Of a stretch of DNA of 42,500 nt, positions 33,462-42,500 are shown piece by piece. Made by a program: the position numbers and the translations under genes. Under the pieces are notes generated by a model that saw only the letters and a list, made by a program, of their open reading frames with translations, did no database searches and was not told the origin of the DNA. This stretch comes from Pseudomonadota bacterium (lineage in GTDB: Bacteria > Pseudomonadota > Gammaproteobacteria > Steroidobacterales > JBCAXP01): assembly GCA_038533995.1 (NCBI GenBank), contig JBCAXP010000002.1:1-42500 (forward strand), written 5' to 3'. Positions within the stretch are counted from its first letter, which is position 1; each line of letters begins with the position of its first letter.

Positions 33462-36275
33462 ATGACAGCACCGATAACCCGACTGAACTGTATCGCCTTC
33501 GCGCTCATTGCGTGTGTTTTAAGTTTGCCTGCGGCTGCGCAGGTGGAAACGACGGCTTGGCGCAAGACGCTCGAGCGCATCGCCCCGAGCGTGATTTCCA
33601 TCCGGGTGGACGGTACGCGGGCGTTCGATACGTCGTGGAACCAGTCGAGCCAGGCTACCGGCTTCGTGGTTGACGCCGAACGTGGCCTGGTACTGACGAA
33701 CCGGCACGTCGTCACCGCCGGTCCGGTGGTCGCCGAGGCGATCTTCATCAACAATGAAGAGGTGAGCCTGCAGCCGGTGTATCGGGATCCGGTGCACGAC
33801 TTCGGGTTTTTTCGCTTCAATCCGGAAGCGCTGCGTTACCTGGAGCCCGAGGCGCTCGCGCTGAACTCGGCGAACGCGCAGATCGGTCGGGAAATTCGGG
33901 TCGTCGGCAACGACGCCGGCGAGCAGCTGTCGATCCTCGCGGGCACGCTCGCCAAGCTCGATCGGCAGGCGCCGTCCTACGGCCGCGGCAACTACAACGA
34001 CTTCAATACCTTTTACCTGCAGGCGGCTTCCGGTACGTCCGGTGGCTCGTCGGGGTCTCCCGTGCTGGACGTCAACGGCGACGTTGTGGCGCTGAACGCC
34101 GGCGCCAACTCCCAGGCGGCCAGCAGCTTTTTCCTGCCGCTGGACCGCATCGAGCGGGCGCTGTCACTGATCCAGGCCGGTGAGCCGGTCACGCGCGGCA
34201 CGCTGCAGACGGTGTTCGTGCACAGGCCGTACGACGAGCTTCGCCGGCTCGGCCTGCGTGAGGCGACCGAATCAGTGGCCCGCGAGGCCTTCCCTGACCA
34301 GACCGGCATGCTGGTGGTCGCCGAGGTGGTGCGCGGTGGCCCTGGGGACGGTGTGCTTATGCCAGGCGACATTTTGGTTGGCATCAACAACGAACTTATC
34401 ACGCGTTTCGTGCCGCTGGAGGCCACGCTCGATGATTCCGTCGGCGAGAGCATCGCCATTGATCTTGAGCGCGGCGGCCAGCCGATGACCGTGAGCATCG
34501 CGGTGGACGATCTGCATTCGATCACGCCGGCCGAGTACATCGAGGCGGGCGGTTCGGTGCTGCACCAGCTGTCCTACCAGCAGGCGCGTCACTTCAATCG
34601 CGAAGTTACCGGCATCTACGTTGCCAAGCCCGGCTACATGCTCTCTACCGGCGGCATCCCGCGCGGCGCCGTCATCGAGTCGCTCGACGGCATGCCGACC
34701 GCCACGCTCGACGATCTGGAGAATGCGCTCGACCAACTCGGCGACCGCGACCGCGCGATTGTGCGGTTCTACACCGTCGAGGACCCGCGCAGTGCAAAGG
34801 TGCGCGTTATCCGGATGGACCGCGCGTGGTTCCCGGCGCAGCGCTGCGGGCGAGACGATGTGAGCGGCATCTGGCCCTGCCGCGCGCTGGCCAACGTTGA
34901 TCCGTCAGACTCGCTTGTGCCAGGCAGCACGCAGTTTACGACGAATGGTGATTCGCGCGTCGCGAAGCTCGCGCCGTCGCTCGTCATGGTGAACTTCGAC
35001 ATGCCATACCCGATGTCTGGCGTGTCCGAACTTCACTACCACGGCACGGGCGTCATCGCCGATGCCGAACGCGGCCTGGTAGTCGTGGACAAGAATACGG
35101 TGCCGGTGCAGCTTGGCGACGTGTCGCTGACCTTTGCCGGCTCCCTCGAGATTCCGGGCAAGGTGGTTTACATCCACCCGACCCACAACCTGGCGGTACT
35201 GCAGTACGACCCCGCGCTGATCGGCGACACGCCGGTGCAGTCGGTGCAGTTCAGCAACAAGCCGGTCAAGCCAGGCGACCCGATCTGGGTGGTCGGCCTG
35301 AAGGGCAACCACAAGATCGCCGCGCAGGGCACCGAGGTGGCTTCCATCGATGCCGTCGCGTTTCCGCTGTCGCGAACGTTCCGGTTCCGCGACACGAACC
35401 TCGAGGCGATTTCCCTCGTGAACGCGCCCGGCGGCATGGATGGCGTGCTCGCGGACAAGAAAGGCCGCGTGGTCTCGCTGTGGTCCAGCTTCGCCTTTCA
35501 GGGCGGCAACGAACTGCAGCAGATCAACCAGGGTGTGCCAGCGGATCTGGTGCAGGAAATGATCACCATCGTGCGCGACGGGCGCATGCTGCGTTCCATC
35601 GAAGCCGAGTTCGTGATGATTCCGCTATCGGCGGCGCGCAAGCTCGGTCTGCCGGAGGAGTGGGTGCAGCGCCTGGAGTCTCACAACCCGGAGCGGCGCC
35701 ACGTGCTGAAGATTGTCCGCACGGTTGCCGGCACTCCTTCTGCGCGCGCATTCAGCACGGGTGACCTATTGCTCGCGCTCGACGGCGATGTGGTAAATAC
35801 GTTCCGCGAAGTTGAACGGGCGGTGCAGAAAGACACGGTGGCGGCCACGGTATGGCGCGGCGCCGGCATCCTGGAGCTTGATGTGGAGCCGGTGGCGCTG
35901 GACGGTAACGGTGTTGGCCACATTCTCCACTGGGCCGGCGCGCTTCTGCACGACCCGCACCGGGAGCTGCCGGCGCAGCGCGGCATCACGCCGAACGGCG
36001 TGTATGTCGCTCACTTCGGTTACGGCACGCCAGCCAGCCGCTACGGCCTGTGGGCCGGCCGGCGCGTGATAGAGGTCGACGGCGTGCCCGTCTCCAACCT
36101 TGAAGAGTTCATCGGCCAGGTGCGTGACAAGCAGGACCGCGACGCGGTGCGCCTGCGCACGGTTTCGTGGAACGATGCCGTGGACGTCATCACGCTCAAG
36201 CTCGACGAACAATACTGGCCGGCCTACCAGCTCACCCGCAACGAGGGTGGGTGGCAGCGTACCTCGCTGCAATAG
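33462..36275 (+). CDS. Secreted Nma111-like duplicated HtrA/trypsin-fold serine protease with PDZ domains
   Basis: A signal peptide (CIAFALIACVLSLPAAAQ) is present. The first protease domain has the triad context LTNRHVV, DFGFFRF and GTSGGSSGSPV, followed by PDZ-like regions. A second protease-like repeat (GTGVIADAERGLVVVDKNTV, HNLAVLQY, GGMDGVLAD) lacks the triad. 937 aa. Confidence 0.75.
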   Translation: MTAPITRLNCIAFALIACVLSLPAAAQVETTAWRKTLERIAPSVISIRVDGTRAFDTSWNQSSQATGFVVDAERGLVLTNRHVVTAGPVVAEAIFINNEEVSLQPVYRDPVHDFGFFRFNPEALRYLEPEALALNSANAQIGREIRVVGNDAGEQLSILAGTLAKLDRQAPSYGRGNYNDFNTFYLQAASGTSGGSSGSPVLDVNGDVVALNAGANSQAASSFFLPLDRIERALSLIQAGEPVTRGTLQTVFVHRPYDELRRLGLREATESVAREAFPDQTGMLVVAEVVRGGPGDGVLMPGDILVGINNELITRFVPLEATLDDSVGESIAIDLERGGQPMTVSIAVDDLHSITPAEYIEAGGSVLHQLSYQQARHFNREVTGIYVAKPGYMLSTGGIPRGAVIESLDGMPTATLDDLENALDQLGDRDRAIVRFYTVEDPRSAKVRVIRMDRAWFPAQRCGRDDVSGIWPCRALANVDPSDSLVPGSTQFTTNGDSRVAKLAPSLVMVNFDMPYPMSGVSELHYHGTGVIADAERGLVVVDKNTVPVQLGDVSLTFAGSLEIPGKVVYIHPTHNLAVLQYDPALIGDTPVQSVQFSNKPVKPGDPIWVVGLKGNHKIAAQGTEVASIDAVAFPLSRTFRFRDTNLEAISLVNAPGGMDGVLADKKGRVVSLWSSFAFQGGNELQQINQGVPADLVQEMITIVRDGRMLRSIEAEFVMIPLSAARKLGLPEEWVQRLESHNPERRHVLKIVRTVAGTPSARAFSTGDLLLALDGDVVNTFREVERAVQKDTVAATVWRGAGILELDVEPVALDGNGVGHILHWAGALLHDPHRELPAQRGITPNGVYVAHFGYGTPASRYGLWAGRRVIEVDGVPVSNLEEFIGQVRDKQDRDAVRLRTVSWNDAVDVITLKLDEQYWPAYQLTRNEGGWQRTSLQ

Positions 36276-36474
36276 CTTCTGCCCGCAGCCCGTCTGGCGG
36301 CGGGACTCCGGTGCCGCTCCCGACGCCGTGACCCCGGGGTCGTCAGCCGACGACCAGTTAACCTAGTGCTATGCCCGCCGCAGCCAGCCTCGTCTGCCCC
36401 GGTTTTGCTGGGTGCCGTGACTCGCGTATGCTGCTAGCAAGCCGTTCAACAAAAAGAATAAGCCGGGAGGTGTC

Positions 36475-37452
36475 ATGAAGGCAGTTACTCAGCAACGAAG
36501 TGGGTGTGTCGCGCTATTCTTGCTGGCAGTTACCCCAACCGTGATAGCGGAGACAGGTCTCAACACCGGCGGGCCAAACTCGACCGTGGCTCGCGGCTCC
36601 GAGCTCATCGGCCCGCTAAATCCCTACCTCAGCTTTGCAGACAGCCCGTTCAGCCCCGCAAACGGCGGGCAGTTTGACGAGTTCTATCTGGAGGACTTCG
36701 AAGACTTCGCGTTGGATACTCCGGGCGTATCCGGAAGCGGTATGGTGTTTACCTCTCCGACAAATGCTGACTCGGTCGATGCCGACGATGGCATCATCGA
36801 CGGCAATGGCTCCGGTGGCGTCTCCTACCGTGCCGGCCCTCCAATCCCTACCGTTGCATTCGACTTTGAGCCCATTTTCGACGGTAACTACCCGTCGCAC
36901 GTCGGCCTTGTCTGGACCGACGGGCTACCCATGAACATCACCACGACGTTCGAAGCGTTTGACGGCAACGGCGCATCGCTTGGCCTGATCGAGGCCATGA
37001 TTGCAGATGGTTCGAACACTGGAGAGACGGCCGACGACCATTTCTTCGGTGCGGTAAGCACAATCGGAATTTCGCGCGTAACGATCAGCAACAACAACGT
37101 CGACACATTCAGCGTGGAGATGGATCACCTGCAGTATGGGCGTGGCCTGGTTTGCCTCGACTCGCTCGATCGTGACGGTGACGGTGTTTCGGACCTTCAA
37201 GATAACTGCATCGCCGTGTCGAACGCGGACCAGCGTGACACCAACGGGGACGGCTTCGGCAACGTCTGCGACACCGACCTGAACAATGACGGCGTTGTGA
37301 ACTTCTCGGACCTGCAGGAACTGAAGATGGTCTTCTTCGATGCAGGCGACCTCGATGCCGATTTCAATGGTGACTTTGTCGTCAATTTTCTTGATCTCAT
37401 TGTTATGAAGGAGACTTTCTTCGGATTTGTGGGGCCAAGCTGCACCAACTAA
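36475..37452 (+). CDS. Secreted hypothetical protein with thrombospondin type-3-like and dockerin/EF-hand-like calcium-binding repeats
   Basis: GGGAGG SD and a signal peptide (ALFLLAVTPTVIAE). The N-terminal ~210-aa domain is of unknown function. The C-terminus reads DRDGDGVSDLQDNCIAVSNADQRDTNGDGFGNVCDTD (TSP3 consensus), then DLNNDGVVNFSDL and DFNGDFVVNFLDL (dockerin-like). Confidence 0.6.
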   Translation: MKAVTQQRSGCVALFLLAVTPTVIAETGLNTGGPNSTVARGSELIGPLNPYLSFADSPFSPANGGQFDEFYLEDFEDFALDTPGVSGSGMVFTSPTNADSVDADDGIIDGNGSGGVSYRAGPPIPTVAFDFEPIFDGNYPSHVGLVWTDGLPMNITTTFEAFDGNGASLGLIEAMIADGSNTGETADDHFFGAVSTIGISRVTISNNNVDTFSVEMDHLQYGRGLVCLDSLDRDGDGVSDLQDNCIAVSNADQRDTNGDGFGNVCDTDLNNDGVVNFSDLQELKMVFFDAGDLDADFNGDFVVNFLDLIVMKETFFGFVGPSCTN

Positions 37453-37525
37453 CCATTCGCTGATGGGAAAAAGTAGCGGGCAGGCCATGCTATATTCGGG
37501 GAGGACTTAACACCCGGGGGGAAGC

Positions 37526-38397
37526 ATGGCGAAAGTGAAGTGTGGCCTCATTCAGATGAGCCTGAAGGGCGACGGATCCATGTCACCGGACGCGATACGC
37601 GACCGAATGATCGAAGCGCATATTCCGTTCATCGAAGACGCGGCAAAACAGAACGTCCAGGTGCTGTGCTTTCAGGAGGTGTTTACGCAGCCGTATTTTT
37701 GTCCCGGTCAGGACAGAAAGTGGTACGCCGCCGCCGAGGCCATCCCCGACGGATACACGACAAAGCTCATGCAGGAGTATGCGAAAAAGCACAGCATGGT
37801 GATCGTCGTGCCGATTTACGAAGAAGACATGACGGGCGTCTACTACAACACGGCTGCCGTCATTGACGCAGACGGTTCCTACCTCGGCAAGTACCGCAAG
37901 ACGCACATTCCGCAGGTCGACCCTGGCTTTTACGAGAAGTTCTTCTTCAAGCCCGGCAACCTCGGTTACCCGGTTTTCGAAACTGCCTACCTTAAGCTCG
38001 GCGTTTACATTTGCTACGACCGCCATTTCCCCGAGGGCTGGCGCGCGCTGTCGCTGAACGGTGCTGAGTACATCGTGAACCCTTCCGCAACGGTCGCGGG
38101 TTTGAGCAAATACCTGTGGGAACTCGAGCAGCCTGCGTCCGCCGCCGCGAACGGTGTCTTCATCGGCGCCATCAACCGCATCGGCACCGAGGAACCCTGG
38201 GCCACTACCCACAACATGGGCGAGTTCTACGGTTCGAGCTACATCGTGAATCCGCGCGGCGAGATCGAAGCACAGGCGAGCTACGGTGACGATGAACTGC
38301 TTGTGCACGAGATTGACCTCGACATGGTGCGAACCGTTCGTGACACGTGGCAATTTTTCCGCGACAGGCGGCCAGAAAGCTACGGTGACCTCGTCGA

Positions 38398-38401
<4 letters not shown>
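37526..38401 (+). CDS. Beta-ureidopropionase / N-carbamoyl-beta-alanine amidohydrolase (nitrilase superfamily)
   Basis: CN-hydrolase triad context: CFQEVF (Glu), YRKTHIP (Lys), ICYDRHFPE (Cys). It is clustered with dihydropyrimidinase and dihydropyrimidine dehydrogenase genes. Confidence 0.85.
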
Positions 38402-41305
<2,904 letters not shown>

Positions 41306-41319
41306 GTCGGGCCTGTCCT

Positions 41320-42500
41320 ATGAGCGACGCCAAGACGACATCCAACATTCGTTCACACCGCCTGGACAAGGCCGAGATTGAGAAAAATTTCGGCGATCTG
41401 CACCCGCCGTATACGCGCTCCGAAGCACTGATCGAAGCTGACCGCTGCTACTTCTGTTACGACGCGCCTTGTACAACGGCCTGTCCTACCGATATCGACA
41501 TACCCGGCTTCATCCAGAAGATTCGCAGCGACAACATCCGGGGTTCGGCGCACACGATCCTGCGGGAAAACATCATGGGCGGCATGTGCGCCCGCGTTTG
41601 CCCTACTGAAGTCCTGTGTGAAGAAGCGTGCGTCCGTAATACGCACGAAGAAAAGCCGGTGAATATCGGCCTGTTGCAGCGCTATGCGACGGATCCGATC
41701 GTCGACGCCGGCACGCAGCTTTTTGAGCGTGCGCCGGCAAGCGGCAAGAAGATCGCCGTTGTTGGTGGCGGTCCGGCCGGGTTGTCATGCGCCCATCGGC
41801 TCTCGATGCTCGGCCACGACGTGGTCGTCTTCAATCGGGACGACAAAGCGGGTGGTCTCAATGAATACGGCATCGCGGCCTACAAGGCGGTTGATGAGTT
41901 TGCGCAGCGCGAGGTCGACTACATCCTGGCGATTGGCGGCATTGAAATGCGCACCGGGATCGCGCTTGGTGAGGATTTTTCGCTGGCCGAGTTGCGCGAG
42001 GAATACGACGCAGTTTTCATCGGGCTGGGCCTGGCCGCCGTCAATGCGCTGGGTTTGCCCAACGAGGACCTGCCTGGCGTTCAGAGCGCCACCGACTACA
42101 TTGCCGAGTTGCGACAGGCCAGCGATCTGAGCGCACTGCCAGTGGGCGGCAACGTGGTGGTGATCGGCGGCGGCATGACCGCGATTGATATTGCGGTGCA
42201 GAGCAAACGCCTGGGCGCCGAGCAGGTCGTTGTGGCGTACCGCCGTGGGCCGGAGCAGATGGGTGCGAGCGAGTTCGAGCAGCACCTTGCGCAGACCAGC
42301 GGCGTCACGATGAAGCACTGGGTGGTGCCGACGGCGATCGAACAGGAGGGCGCAGCGCTCACCGTCAAGCTCGACAAGACGCGCCTTGACGCGAGCGGTC
42401 GCCTGGAGGCAACGGGCGAAACGGAGGCGCTCAGCGCGGACGTCGTGTTCAAGGCGATTGGCCAGAAGATGGCGGATCACAACCTGGATGGAATGGCGAT
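41320..42500 (+). CDS. preT: NAD(P)-dependent dihydropyrimidine dehydrogenase subunit PreT-like (GltD-like Fe-S flavoprotein); 3' end lies outside the window
   Basis: This open frame is absent from the ORF track because it has no stop in the window; I translated it by hand from ATG 41320. MSDAKTTSNIRSHRLDKAEIEKNF..., Fe-S cysteines CYFCYDAPCTTACP and CARVCPTEVLCEEAC, dinucleotide folds KIAVVGGGPAGLSCA and VVVIGGGMTAIDIA. The minus-strand ORFs in this region are antisense artefacts. Confidence 0.85.
   Translation, partial: MSDAKTTSNIRSHRLDKAEIEKNFGDLHPPYTRSEALIEADRCYFCYDAPCTTACPTDIDIPGFIQKIRSDNIRGSAHTILRENIMGGMCARVCPTEVLCEEACVRNTHEEKPVNIGLLQRYATDPIVDAGTQLFERAPASGKKIAVVGGGPAGLSCAHRLSMLGHDVVVFNRDDKAGGLNEYGIAAYKAVDEFAQREVDYILAIGGIEMRTGIALGEDFSLAELREEYDAVFIGLGLAAVNALGLPNEDLPGVQSATDYIAELRQASDLSALPVGGNVVVIGGGMTAIDIAVQSKRLGAEQVVVAYRRGPEQMGASEFEQHLAQTSGVTMKHWVVPTAIEQEGAALTVKLDKTRLDASGRLEATGETEALSADVVFKAIGQKMADHNLDGMA

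Overview
GC-rich, gene-dense chromosomal segment that looks gammaproteobacterial. Gene content and local synteny match E. coli/Pseudomonas core neighbourhoods: zapA-ssrS-5-FCL, ygfB-pepP-ubiH-ubiI, rplM-rpsI, and crp next to coq7. I see about 45 protein genes, one tRNA-Gln, a probable 6S RNA and a tandem glycine riboswitch. I found no transposase, integrase, CRISPR array or recognisable defence genes, so most of the window is ordinary housekeeping DNA. Left to right: (1) a long minus-strand phosphate block, 15..11611: 2-phosphoglycerate-kinase-like, archaeal-type phosphoglycerate-mutase-like, ppk, then pstS, a phoU fusion, pstC, pstA, two pstB genes and phoR; (2) FGase-family gene, purC, djlA, rpe, trpG/pabA, crp, coq7; (3) rplM-rpsI-tRNA-Gln, followed by a duplicated tRNA 3' end and terminator; (4) NTF2-like gene, rpiA, a lysine-rich histone H1-like gene, EVE-domain gene, 5-formyl-THF cyclo-ligase, 6S RNA, zapA; (5) ygfB-pepP-ubiH-ubiI and phhB; (6) glycine riboswitch plus gcvT-gcvH-gcvPA-gcvPB; (7) PfkB kinase, an Nma111-like double protease and a secreted TSP3/dockerin-like calcium-binding protein; (8) a reductive pyrimidine catabolism cluster that runs off the right edge. 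The most unusual content is in the Pst locus. The two tandem PstB ATPases have lost complementary catalytic motifs, which predicts a heterodimer with one active site. PhoU is fused to a low-molecular-weight phosphatase/ArsC-like domain that lacks its catalytic Cys and Arg. An archaeal-type 2PGK/ApgM pair sits directly upstream of ppk. All calls come from reading the sequence and the ORF translations by eye; no database search was possible.
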